A stretch of 63,879 bases of DNA, counting the filler, from Collodictyon triciliatum (taxonomy: Eukaryota): the NCBI GenBank assembly GCA_043381765.1. It is 6 parts of 6 records of this genome, joined end to end, with 100 filler letters (N's around TTAATTAATTAA, not from the genome) between each part and the next. Parts side by side here need not be neighbours in the genome. Positions count along the whole stretch, not along the records: positions 1 to 12,062 come from JBHJMP010002244.1; 5 more parts are not named here. One strand, written 5' to 3'. Below the pieces are notes generated by a model. The model made no database searches and had not been told where the DNA came from. It saw only the letters and a list, made by a program, of their open reading frames with translations. Shown here piece after piece: positions 1-12,162 of this stretch (positions are counted from its first letter, which is position 1; every line of letters starts with the position of its first letter). Position numbers and translations under genes: made by a program.

Positions 1-1844
1 ACAACATTCCTTTCCGCTCCATGTGTCAAGCCGACTCATTCTGCCTCACGTCTGTTATTCAGCGCCGTCTGCTTCTCCCGATGAGAACCGACATCACATC
101 TCACGCCTTACGAGCACAATCTGCTCGATTCCTAGACGATCGAACATCCTTTCCTCATCCCTTGTGCCTTTCCTCTTGCCTTTGGATGGCCGATACCTTT
201 GGGCGCCTGCACGCTCTGCATTATTCCACGAAACTCATGTTTTGAATGCAGCGCACACTACTATCTACCTTGCATCGTGTTGGCTTTGGTGGCTGGATGA
301 TTTATTTTTCGCGCTTCGTTTCGCTTCATTTCATTTCATTTTACCCTGTTTCACGAATGCTCGCACCCTGTTGAAGGGGTTTACAGCTATTCTTGCTGGT
401 CTCTCTCCAATAAACTGCTTATAGCAAATTGGTCATTAGAGTTTCTTCAAAAGGGATGCTTTCTGATGGGAAAGGTCTTCATGAAAATGAGTTGTTCTGA
501 TGCTTTTGATCTTTGGATTCTGCTCTGGTAGAACAGTTTTTTGTTTTTATTTGTTTTTTGTTTTTTGTTTTTTGTTTTTTCAGCACTGTCAGTTGGGTTT
601 GTGAGGTGTTGGCCTTTTATGTGTATTTTCTGTCTGATGTATTATGTTTTCTTCCACATTCACCTTGCATTATTTATATGGCGAAACACGCAAACAACTA
701 AACTCATACTGTCCTTCACAAAATAAAAAAATCAATTGCGCTCCACCATGGGTAATAAGCAGCAATTCTTTCTGTCATAATGTCTACTAGTGCACCAGAT
801 TATCAAAGCAAGTTCATGCTTCGTGGTTCTATTTTGTGCAATGAGCGGGCAAGCACGTTCGGGTATGTCTATCTTACTCATAAAGTAGCAACACGTTAAA
901 TGATAAGGGTCTGCAGCAACTTGTTCAAATATCGAAACTGCATTTTGCCCATAGAACGCTCACCCCAAGAGCATATTCGACCCTTTTTTTTTTTTTTGGC
1001 ATAAGGACAGGCAGAATCAGGCTAATATGGTCATTTGTGAATACAAAAACACCATAGACTCAGGTAAGCGCAGAGAATAGTACCATTGAAAACTCTTACT
1101 TCAAACACGCTGGGATACACATTATCCAATAAAGAAATTCGTTTGATATCCAACTTATCATGTAGCGCAGGATTTCAGGCCAAGCGATGTATATAGCTTG
1201 TTTAAAGGTTAAAAAGAGAATCATTTAAACTTGACGATTTACGGAGGGTTAAATGATGGCTCCGGTATTAGGCTAAGGATGATAAAAAAAAAATTTTTTT
1301 TTTTAATAATAATCAGAAAGGAGTAGCTCGAAAATTGCAAGGATTTTATGAACATGCACATGGCCTCTTATGAGTCATCGCCTTGTTAGGGCATATCTTA
1401 AGTGTGCTAAATATATGCAATTAATGTTTCATGACCTATGAATTATATAAAAAATATTAAGGAATACTTATGTTTAAAGCAAGTACGCATTGAAGGCATA
1501 ACGGAAGCAGGGTGAAAACTTCCGGCTCATAGCTAAGAGAAAAAAAAACCCTAATCCAAGCGCAGTTTTTGGGATAAAAAACAACAAGGTAGATGATACA
1601 TATCACGTCCTAAGACAGTTATGTTATCAAGCGCACGCACGATAATCCCTAGATTGTGAAGAGCAGAATAAACAAGTTAATTATTCTTTTTTATTTCTTG
1701 GTCATTAGTAGAATCCGTGCTGAGATTGATCTCCCATAGTATACATGAAATACGCCACTTTCCGATTATTACAAAATAGCCAGCAATTATATTTTTTCTG
1801 CGAAGAGTATGAATCATTCTTTTTTTATTCCTATTCCAGTACTT

Positions 1845-2165
1845 TTTCTTTTTGTGTCTTTTTTCTTTTCTTCTTTTCTTCTTTTCTTCTTTTCTTCTTT
1901 TCTTCTTTTCTTCTTTTCTTCTTTTCTTCTTTTCTTCTTTTCTTCTTTTCTTCTTTTCTTCTTCCTTTTTTCTTTTCCTTTTTTTTCTTTTCTTCTTTTC
2001 TTCTTCCTTTTTTCTTTTCCTTTCTCTTTTCTCTTTTTCCTTTTTCTTTTTTCCTTTTTCTTTTTTCTTTTTTCTTTTTTTCTTTTCTCTTTTCTCTTTT
2101 CTCTTTTTTCTTTTTTCTGTTTTCTTTTTCCTTTTTCCTTTTTTTCCCCTCCTCTCCTCTCTTTT
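1845..2165. repeat. T/C-rich microsatellite, representative of many similar tracts
   Basis: (TTTTCTTC)n here. Similar simple repeats lie at 17600-17760, 20640-20750, 23575-23895, 28228-28530, 30226-30405, 31005-31290, 33640-33790, 59100-59265, 60690-60873, 61730-61794 and 62586-62770, mostly in introns or UTRs. Confidence 0.95.
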
Positions 2166-2263
2166 TTGTCACTTAAATATGTGAATATCTTATCCCTTTT
2201 GGCGTTAGGGATCGTGTGTTGCCAACATTTCCTCGACACCCACAGACGAAGAGAAAAAGAAAT

Positions 2264-4889
2264 ATGACGACCCTTTCCTACACACAAGCATTTGCGGTAT
2301 TCAGCGTTGCTGTATATACTGCTCTGTCAGGGTTCTTCTTGTGGAAGCTGATAGCTATCAAAGAAAACGTTCGTATGATTGGTGGTGTTGGTCGGGTTCA
2401 TTTCAACGAACCTTTAATCTCATCACGCCCTCAAAGGTTTCCTGTTCATCGCATGGACAATCAATATCTTTTGAACTATTTTTTTTTTTTGTATACCCCT
2501 TTCTTGTTGGACTCTATTGGATTTCTTTAATTTCATAATGATAGTGTGTAAAATTTATGGTTATGTAGATATAATCGCATATAAACTAGTTAAATATTAA
2601 TACTTTCAATCTAATGTTTCAGACTTTCTCTCATTTCTCTTCATTTTCCAATATATATATTTTATCTTCAGTTTCATTTTCTCCTCCTTCCTTTTCTTCT
2701 TTCAAATTTGATATCTTGAGAGATTCTGCTGATTATTACTTTCAATCGATATACCCGTAAACCGCTTATTCTCAAAGTCAACTGGGCTCCACTGATATCG
2801 ATCAAACTTCAACATGGTTGTCACTACCTGGAATATCAAAAATTGATTATAGATTGGGCATTCCCATTCTCCTGTTTGTGTATCACATTTGTAAGATTTT
2901 GATGGCGTTCGTACTTGGTTAATTAATTATTCTTCATCTACCCTACCTACCCTGTTTCAGTGATTTTTAGCCCGAAATACTCAACGCCCTGTACTTTTGC
3001 TCGAGATAGAATTTATCTTTACAGCTATCAAGTTCCAATATAGCAATTCACTTCCCTGCTCATCTACGTAAATTCTTTTTAGCGCGGTGCATAGGATTTT
3101 TAATCAGCATCGAGATAGAATTTTGGTGCGAATACGACTCAGAAAATACTGACTGCAAAAGAAAAAATCCTGGAGAGCGTTTTTTACAGGCCTTTCTTCT
3201 TTTCTCGGAAATTTTAATTCGACTTTCGATTACGATTTACTTATTTGATTATTGGTTTGTTTTGTTCACCTTGCATCAAATATTAACCATGGCTCTTATC
3301 TCGGTGTCATATAAAAATTCTTGTATGCCTTAAGGCAGTATATGCTATCTAACAACAAAATAACAACAGAAATAATAGAAAATTGTAACCCATGGGATAA
3401 TTTGTCACCGAATTTTTTTTCATAGGAGCAAAATAATAGAGACGGTCGAATATGTTACCTCTAATCCGAATTATTCCAGTGTAACTTTTGTGATTTGCAA
3501 GCTTCTTCGGTTCATCGTTATCATAGATGCAGCCGTCTCAATAATTCTGATTGTATACCATACCTCGCTTTCTGCGGGCATATACGACGTATGGCATTTA
3601 AGATTTACGCCTTAATGTTTTTCTATTAATTCAATTCAATGTGAGATATACATTAATCTATTTGTAATTTATTTATGTATATTTTAATTGTCTGCTTCTT
3701 TTATTCGCTTTTTCTTTGCTTTTTCTTTGCTTTTTCTTTGCTTTTTCTTTGCTTTTTCTTTGCTTTTTCTTTGCTTTTTCTTTGCTTTTTCTTTGCTTTT
3801 TCTTTGCTTATTTGTGTCTAATTGTGTCTATTTCCTTGTCGATTCATTACTTATTGTATTGACATTTAATGCCATGCCAGGTAATTATGGTATATCTTAT
3901 TTTTATACAAGCCCTTGGTTACTTGGTTCTAGCTTTACATGGATACTTTCTCTATTGCCTGAAGAAAGCAGAAGCATACATTCCTGAAAAACTGATTGAC
4001 TGCCAAAAGTTTGTTAAAGAAGTGAGTTTTCTAATTGACTTGCTCATTTACGATTAAATAGCATAAGAGTTAATCTAAAAGTATATTCGTAAATAAACTG
4101 CCCCTAAAAACTTGATTGAGACTTGAAAATATATCTTCGTCACGTTTCAAGTACCTTTAGAATTCATTTTCCATCAATATAGATTCCTTTTAAAATATTT
4201 AATTTTATTTGATAGTTTTACAAGTATATGGTCCTCAGAATGTCGATGATGGTTATCATGATAGTATTCTCCTTTGTGATTTACTACAGTCCAAATACAA
4301 AGATGTCATACAATCCTTTCTCATACGTTGAAGTAAAATTTTGTTCCTTTAAAATGTGTAATCATGCCTGTAGATCATATTAACAGAGCAGATGCTATGT
4401 TGTATTATTTTTATTTTATTTTTTGTGCTTTTATATGCTATTAAACATAGTAAAGAAATACCATTATTTTCCCCCTCTCATTTGTTATGTACTGTAATGT
4501 TACCTTACTACAACCTCTTTCAAACTAACGATTCGAATCGAAGGAATCATACATTTGGCTTCTGTATGTACATCGCATCGCTGATGCTATACCAGAGATT
4601 CTCCTCGTCCTCATCTTGGAACGGAAGTATAACAATCAATACCTTGTAAATTTCCTCCCAAAAAAATGTTGTAAACCATTGGCCCATACCGCTTGGGCTG
4701 GCTTTTTTTTTCCCTTGTTAATGTTTTACCCCTGTTGAATATGTAGTAATCATGATAACTATACAATAATCAATTGTGATGCGTTAAAATTAATTCAGAT
4801 ACTCCCCACAAACTCCGTCGGCGCAGCTACGACCTTGAATTCCTTTGCGGAGGGATTCAAACCATGCTTAAATGGATGGAATTTTTAGA
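2264..4889 (+). CDS. Multi-exon multi-pass membrane protein, unknown family (possibly 7TM/GPCR-like)
   Basis: ATG 2264 gives MTTLSYTQAFAVFSVAVYTALSGFFLWKLI. Further hydrophobic exons bounded by AG/GT read VIMVYLIFIQALGYLVLALHGYFLYCLKK (~3881-4021), FYKYMVLRMSMMVIMIVFSFVIYY (~4216-4332) and ESYIWLLYVHRIADAIPEILLVLILERKY (~4545-4645). A last exon ILPTNSVG...GWNF* ends near 4889. Middle exons are not fully resolved. Confidence 0.45.
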
Positions 4890-6398
4890 CTGAACCCCCC
4901 ACTCTGCCGCCAACTTGCTTCAAATGTTGATCATGTTTCTGCACTTCGTATTCCAAGAAAGAATCATAAATACTGTTTACACGCGCAAGTACGTTTATTT
5001 GTTTATTTGTTTATTTTCCAATACGGTAAGGTGGAAGACATAAAAAAAAAACTAATTGGCAAAAGGAGTGATGACAGAATAATTCAATCCATCCCTCTGA
5101 AGCTCTCCTGTTATCACGGGGATGTGGGAAAGAGATGGCCAAGAGCGAGAGCAATATCTCGACATTTCTGCACAACAGCAAAGAGGAAAACATATTTTTA
5201 TGAATATAAAGTCGAATGGCAGAGCATCGAAGCAGATTAATAAAAGACCACGATGGTGATTCGAAAGGAGAACTCAGTGGCAATGCTTTTTGTTATCAAG
5301 GCAACGATGAAGGGGGAAAAAAAGGGGGTGAAATTACATACTGCTCTGCGTTAGAGAAGTAAAGTAAAGTAATGTAAAGTAAAGTAAAGTAAAGTAAAGT
5401 AAAGTAAAGTAAAGTAAACTGGATGTGAAGAACAGAAGAAATAAGCCAGACAAAAATATAGTATAGATTTATTGAATTGCTGCGGGGTTTGTGTGATTCT
5501 TGGACTGGCTGATGATAGCGGGGTGTGCAATTGAAAGGGATGGGACACGAGTGTCAATGGGTGGGAGGAAAAATGGGAGGTTTTTAGTGGAAGGATGGCG
5601 TGAAAGGCTGGTCATGGCGGTTGTTTTTTCATGTGAGAAAAGGAAGGCAGGAAAAACATTCAAATCTTGAGTTAAGTCAAAAGATTCCCCTAGCTCTATC
5701 AGAAAAAGGTGTATTTTGTTTAATTTAGCGACGAAAAGTGGTATAGAAAAAGTTTTGGATTATTGGGTGGGTAGCCATATCACTGGAGTGTGTGATTCCT
5801 TTTGATGCCCCAGGAACCGAACTCTAGGATGTTGACTTAAAAAAATAGAAAGAAAGCGAAGGATGTAGAGAAAATTGAATGATGCCTCTTCCCCGCACGA
5901 ATCTATTTGCCCAGAAAAGAAGTTATTGTCAGGTCTGATGAGCCCTTCGTTATCATGTTTTAGATAAATCAGTGAGTGAAATGCGCAAGCAGCAGGTTGG
6001 TGTGACTTCCCTCCGTTTCTGCTTCTTTTCAAGGGGATTGAGCGGAATTAGATAAATGAGCGATGAGTCAGCAATTCATAGGAAAAATATGTCAATGAAG
6101 CAGCCCGGTAGTTGATAGGAGGAATGAAGGTTTTGTCTGTCTCGAGGTGAAATGGTTGTGAAGGAGAATAAGAAGGAGAATCCAATTTTGATTGCTTTTC
6201 TGCGAGGGTAGAATCGTATCACATATGAATGTAAGAAGATATGTGCGCTGCAGTTTGATAAGAAGTCCTTGGAAACCGTATGAAAAATCGCACATAGGTG
6301 GCGATGAACGAGACCAATTATACGAATTATCATCGGATGAATATGCATTCCATCTCGTTAATGTCATAGACTCGTTGACTCCTCACAGATGGAACTAC

Positions 6399-7796
6399 TT
6401 AGGGACTTACGGCGGCATAATTCCCAGGAGTGAACGAACTATTTGTGGTCCCCCCGATTTGGTCCCGGAGTTTCGTATATGGGCCCTCCTCGTCATACGA
6501 GCTTCTGAGCCAAAATATGTCCGCTTTTGTATGCACAAACCATGCAGCAATGCCCACAAAGAACCCGCCCCCAACTATATTCCCAAGGGTTGAACCAAGA
6601 ACACTGGTGACTAGAAAATCACCAACAGTAATATCAGCCCCCTCAAGCATGGCCACAGGGATGATAAACATGTTTGCGATGGAATGCTCAAACCCAATTC
6701 CGGAAAATGTGAAAGTTGGAAAGTAGATGGAAAGGACCTTGCCGGCGACATCCAACGATGAAGAGGAAATGTAAGTAGCCAAGCAGACAAGGAAGTTACA
6801 GCCGATACCGCGTAGAAATACCTTTGCGAAGCCCAAGTCTACCTAAGAAACAGGTATTAATATATTTTCAGTATTTGTTAATTTTTAGCGTATATAGTTA
6901 CCAGGATGAATCATGATGAACGTATCATAAGCGACATATCAAAGAAAGGATGGGTATTTTATTTTCAAATTTATGAGGAAAGATAAACCTTATCCTCCAC
7001 ATTATAGATAATCTTATCCGAAAAGGGATACTCTTGTGTCAGGCCGCTTAGGTGGGCGATAAAGTAAGCCATGGTTAGGCTCCCGATAAAGTTACCGATG
7101 TATACAATAACAAGATTTCGAATCATTTCGCTCCATGATATTTGTCCAATTAGATAAGCAGGGGGCAAAATCATGACATTCCCAGTAAAAAGCTCTCCTC
7201 CATAAAGGACGATGAGGATAAGACCCACAGGGAAGACAGCACCATAAAGGAGCTTTTTGAGCCCAGGGTTTTCATCAGCCACCCCAGGAGAGCCATACGA
7301 AACAAGCATGGCAAAGAGTGCACCCATCGAAATAAACATCCCAGCCTGGAAGCTCAGCACAAAAAGCTGGGGGACAGTATAAGAGACCTGTACAATCACC
7401 GCGAATTTTATGCGGCATGAGTTGGCATCATCATATAGTGCAATTTGGCAGACTTATTGTGCATTATGGTACTAAGTCTAAATGAAAGTGCTAGCAAGAG
7501 TTGGGAAATTACAAACCTTCTTCTGCGCGAGATAAGTCAAGTAGTAGAGTGTCTCACGAGGAGAAAAAAACTGAGGAAAGCAAATAGAAATTTTAACTGT
7601 AAAAAAAAAAAGGAAGCAAATACTCCAAAAAAAATAGCTTTCTATTCCACAGTTCTTGTGTATGAGTCACCAATTCTTCAGATATAAAAGAAGCCATGCG
7701 CATTTCGCAAAAACGGGACAATGATATGATTTCCTATGACACTTGAGCACTTACATTCAATTTCTGGTTGAAGTATTCATTGGTCATGGTCTTCAT
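6399..7796 (-). CDS. Formate/nitrite transporter (FNT family), 4 exons
   Basis: Exons MKTMTNEYFNQKLN | FFSPRETLYYLTYLAQKK | VSYTVPQLFVLSFQAGMFISMG...LYGAVFPVGLILIVLYGGELFTGN...VYIGNFIGS | ...RGIGCNFLVCLA...GFEHSIANMF...TLGNIVGG. FNT signatures GxELFTGN and FEHSxANM are present. Introns are GT-AG and in phase. Confidence 0.93.
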
Positions 7797-9015
7797 CTTC
7801 CTTTTTGGCTAGATCTCTAGGATCACAACTACACGACGCACGTTTGATATTCATCCGTTAGAATATTATGATATGCGCATTGGGATGCCGATTAGAAAAG
7901 AGGCAAAAGCGGCGCCTGAAAAGGGTGGTAAGTGTTCCTGTGCTATTGGGGTTATGCACCAAAATAATAGACAACCCGACAAAATATGTTGTTTTTTTTA
8001 TAAAAAAAATATCTGTAGAAGTAGGAGTAGGCTGTAATATAAAAAAGAAAGAAAAATAGCAGCCCTATCAGTTCTAAAGCAAACCCCTATTCTCAAACCC
8101 AACATATCTTCATACAGGAAATCAACGTAGAATAAGATGGAAAAAGATGGAAGAGAGATAAAAAGAAAGAAAAGAAAGAAAAGAAAAGAAAAGAAATAAC
8201 TCCCATTAGAAAGTAAGCGTTATAAGTGTCGATTATTAGGTCAGCACCGAGGAATGCGAGTATCGTCAGGAGACTTCTCCACAGAATAGTCGCACGAGCG
8301 TCGCTGAGCCTCCCTTTGCTTTGTTCGGAGCGGAAGTAGAGGAAGCAAGACAGTTGGGAATGATGGGCGCACGCGCGCTGAGCGAACAAGGGAGGTGAGC
8401 AGTTCGGGTGGGCAGTCATTTTAGTCGACTGGCACATCCACACACGGGCAAGTGCACACGCGCACCGCCCAATTGCGAGCCTATTCGCCCGGTGTGTGCA
8501 CGCGCACAGGATTTGCTTGCAGCTTATTTTGCTTTGTGGGTTTGTTTGGGGGACTTGTGTGCACGAGCGCGTTTGAGGAGACTGTGAACCGGCTCAACAG
8601 AAAGAATGAAAGGCTGGCAGAAGTGACAGGCTGAAAAGGAGGATAGCGTTGCGCAGAACGCGTTTTTCGCTGTTGTTGTTTTTTTGGCTTCTCTGCCGTT
8701 CTTTATTCGCTGGTGGATTGGTTGATGCAGAGAATTCATCTTTTATGGTATTTGTTTGTGTATATTGTACATATATTGTTACTTTCATTTAATATTCTGT
8801 TGGAAATTCGGCAGGTTCGCTATTCCGCAGGGATGTGGCGAAAACAATCCTTTCTTATATGGATATTTCATGAAATGAGCGGATTTTATATATTTCTGGA
8901 ATATGGCCGAGGGTGGAGTCGTTCTCCGCAGCAAAACATAAAATCTCCACAAGATGCGCGGTTGCCATGCAAACTCACTCAGGTAGTTTGTCGAAAGGGC
9001 GGTGCCCGACCCAGT

Positions 9016-10458
9016 TTATTGGAGGTTGGCAAGGAAGAAAGACACGATGTTGTTCCATCCTTTGTCGTACGCTTCCTGGTTGAAGACATGGCCGAGTTGG
9101 CCGCGCTTTTGCGTGTTGTCTTCGGAGGGGAAGTTGAGGAAGGCGTGGTCGGCGTCTTCGTAGCGGTGGAACTCGTGCTTGACGTTTCCAGACTGTGTTG
9201 GAATCGGTTACAAATCTTGTTTAATGGTGTACGTGTTGTAGGACCAGCGCGCTTATTTGATAGTGGTGGTGTTGAAGGTTTTTTTAGATTTTTTTTTCGT
9301 GCATTTGTGTTTCAATTAAAGTTGGCTTCGCAGCCCGCAGTGTTTTACCTTCAGAAGCTCCTCCAGCTTATCGGCTGTGGCGGGGTCGCTGAATCCTGTG
9401 TGCTTGTCGAGGTTGCCAAAGTTGCATTGGACAGGAACTTTGATCGTAGAAACATCACCCAGACCCGAGTTGTACCCATCTGGAAATGAAGATAAAGTGT
9501 AGGTATATGCATCAGGATGTGGCAATTCAAGCAGACGAAAGCAGAAATAATATTCATATCAGACAACTGTGGGATTTTGTGTTGGTTGGAAGGCGTGGTA
9601 GCATTATTACAGCAGCAGGATGCAGCGTCAACCGAGCCGCCAACAGCAGTTCCAAGAGTCAGTGCTCCACCCATGCAGAAGCTGCGTTCAACATGTATAA
9701 TCGTAAGTCGAATACTAGAATGCAAGGCAAGCATATTATAAAAGCGGATGCCCGTGAAAATGAATCAGTGCTAGAAAAAAATATTCCTTCACTGTGTTAA
9801 GGGATACAGCCACTGATGATATAGTTCTTCGTTATTTTAACAGAAAAATAAAAGGCGAAAATATACATGTTCAAGACATGGGTGATGGCGAGCAAAAGAA
9901 AGCCCGAAACATATCACAATAGAATATAGCTTGCGTCTTTTTTTCGTTCAGGCACATGGAACAAGAAAACTTACCCAACAACACCAACTTTCGCACAACC
10001 GAGGCTTCGAAGGTGGGCTGCAGTAGCGGCAATATCTTGCAGAGCGCCGGCCCAGTCAAGGTGAGACATCAAATGGTGGGCCTAGGACAAGAATGAGGTT
10101 ATATATATACAGACCATGGGCATGTTTTAAGGGGAGAAGGAAAAGTAAATGTAAAAGTAAAAGTAAAAGTAAATGAAACGAAATGAAATGAAATGAAATG
10201 AAATGAAATGAAAAGAAAAGAAAAGCAAGTGGTCGCTGAAACCTCTTCACGGTCGACACCAACTTTGCCGCGGTAGAGGTCGGGAATGAGGCAGTATGCG
10301 CCACCAAGTCTTTCGGACAGGAACGTGGCAATATCTTTGATAGACTGGTTCACTCCCCACCATTCCTGGATCACGATAACGCCAAACTTTTTGTCGCTGC
10401 CGAAAAGTACTCCAGAGACTTCGGTTCCGTCTGGGCGTGCGTAAGTGACAGTGGACAT
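9016..10458 (-). CDS. Dienelactone hydrolase family protein (carboxymethylenebutenolidase-like), 5 exons
   Basis: Reads VIVIQEWWGVNQSIK, LIPDLYRGKV, AHHLMSHLDW, KVGVVG|FCMGGAL (G-x-C-x-G-G nucleophile), YG, VPVQCNFGNLD and HRYEDADHAFLN. The Cys/Asp/His triad is intact. TAA at 9016-9018. Confidence 0.92.
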
Positions 10459-10889
10459 TGCGCGGCTGGGCTTTGTACTGGCTTCTGTTGTTGGGTATGC
10501 GCGAAGCAAATAGACTGTTTAGTGATAGGAAGATTTGTAGATGTTTGATTGTTGGCATGGGCGCCAACAGCTAAGTCTGTCGTGAATAAAAAAAATATAA
10601 AAAAAAAGATTTGTAGATGTTTGTAATTGGCCACGTGATCACAGGCTCCGCTCTGCGAGGTTGTCTCCCTTTCTTTTAGTTTCTTCATTTCGGCCATAAT
10701 GTTTGCTATTAATATGGGATTTTGACGTGTTGACAGGCTGGCTGTCTGTCTGCTGTAAGCGTAATATATACCTTAACGCTCTGCGCGCTCCAGACCGATC
10801 GGCCTCACGCTCTTATAAACCGCAGGTCGAAGGGGACTTCAGTGTCGAATCTACTTGAATGTTCTAGAATGCTCTTTGTAAAAAGGAAT

Positions 10890-11230
10890 TGCCTGGCTTT
10901 CTCCACTTATATGTGGAAATTATCTCTGTGCTCCCATGTAATCACATTAGGTGCTGTGTATGCACAATCCTCGGTATGATTATTATTCTGATGGTAATTA
11001 AATCGATAATTTCACACCAGAGGATTGTGCACAAGCAGCTGGCGGGATTTAACGACGACCCAGATTGGCGGCTTTTTGGCTTCATTTTTACTTGTTTTAT
11101 TCAACTAGAAGGGGTATACCAATGCTTAGATTGGTAAACCTGGTGTGCTAATACCCAAAGTCTCAACACTTTTTCCACAAAGATTGTGTAGTGGTGAAGG
11201 CTGCCAGGAAGGACCCAACAGCCTATTTTT
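10890..11230 (-). ncRNA. Candidate Fanzor omegaRNA / structured element end
   Basis: Lies directly 3' of the Fanzor ORF. Stems are 11113-11140 (TACCAAT/ATTGGTA core), 10959-11033 (12-bp perfect TGCACAATCCTC/GAGGATTGTGCA plus extensions) and ~10900-10920 (TCCAC/GTGGA). Boundaries are approximate. Confidence 0.4.
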
Positions 11231-11879
11231 TTTAGAGATGTGTGTGTGCATTTTTTTAAGGATTAAAAGAAATTTATTGATTATATTTTTAGCGCTGTTA
11301 AAGTCCCTTGTCAAGAATACACTTTGTTTGCTTTCTGAGCGATTGCAATCTTTACATGTGAGACATCTATACAACTTTTTTTTGAATTTCCTTTCAGTTG
11401 CATATATTCCAGTTCTTTTTCGCAGTTGCAACACATCTTGGATGTTCTAAATTCATCTACGCTAACTGTTTCAAAGCGTTTGGATAGTATTTTTCGTAAT
11501 CCTCTTCCGATCATTGCCATAAAATGTTTCATCTGAGATTTTCTGCTTCAGTCTCCATACGCCGGCATAACATCCTTGCCAAATGTCTTTTCGATTCGGT
11601 CCATAGACAATTGTTCACTTCTTTTTGTATTAACATACTATCTCCATGCCAGCTGGACTAAAAAGTCACTTGTTCATAAAATCTGGAAAGTTCTATCTGA
11701 TATCTTGATTTCATAGATACATATTCCCGAAATTTTTCATAATCGACCTTGCATGAATTATGTTTACACAGCTCTGTCTCTAAATCGATTAAAGATGCTC
11801 TTGATGTCTCAAACTGCTGATTCTCTTCAAAAGTCAGGGAACAAAAGAAACAGTTTTTTTTTTCCTTTATTCGATTCAA
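11126..11879 (-). pseudogene. Decayed, 5'-truncated Fanzor (eukaryotic TnpB-like RNA-guided endonuclease), most like Fanzor1
   Basis: Three frames stitch to ...LIDLETELCKHNSCKVDYEKFREYVSMK..FYEQ/LAWR*YVNTKRSE..RIEKTFGKDVMPAYGD*SRKSQMKHF..GRGLRKILSKRFETVSVDEFRTSKMCCNC...LYRCLTCKDC...FLTRDFNSAKNI. This contains the RuvC-II Glu (DEFRTS), a CxxC...CxxC zinc finger and the RuvC-III Asp (RDxNSAxNI). Stops at 11638-40 and 11548-50, frameshifts in homopolymers at ~11660 and ~11380. No introns. Confidence 0.85.
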
Positions 11880-12062
11880 AGTGTAGCGAGGTTATGCCAT
11901 ACAAAGGGGCGGGATGGGAGCGCATGGGAGAGAGCAAACGCGAGTAAGAGAAGACACTACCGTGGAGAGGGTAGCACTGGAAAGAAATCAGTGATAGCGA
12001 GCTGGTCAGGTGGGCGTCCCAACTGGTTGATTGGTTGCGTGGGTAGCAGGGGTTGGATATGC

Positions 12063-12162
12063 NNNNNNNNNNNNNNNNNNNNNNNNNNNNNNNNNNNNNN
12101 NNNNNNTTAATTAATTAANNNNNNNNNNNNNNNNNNNNNNNNNNNNNNNNNNNNNNNNNNNN
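12063..12162. other. Artificial 100-nt scaffold spacer N44-TTAATTAATTAA-N44
   Basis: Identical spacers occur at 24208-24307, 36534-36633, 48709-48808 and 60874-60973. The 12-mer puts stops in all six frames. Confidence 0.97.

Noticed and set aside
1-424. Possible terminal exon at the window start
   Set aside because: No frame gave a recognisable protein, so I cannot support a call.
1745-2287. Phe/Ser/Leu-rich and Lys/Arg/Glu-rich ORFs here and at many other microsatellites
   Set aside because: These are open frames produced by stop-free simple repeats.
8713-9489. 258-aa plus-strand ORF
   Set aside because: It is the antisense shadow of the dienelactone hydrolase exons, with no ATG start and no recognisable motif.
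11548-11640. In-frame TGA/TAG in the Fanzor as evidence of an alternative genetic code
   Set aside because: Host genes here end in TAA, TAG and TGA, and frameshifts accompany the stops, so this is decay.
12107-12118. Recurrent TTAATTAATTAA motif at about 12-kb periodicity
   Set aside because: Always centred in 44+44 Ns. It is an assembly linker, not biology.
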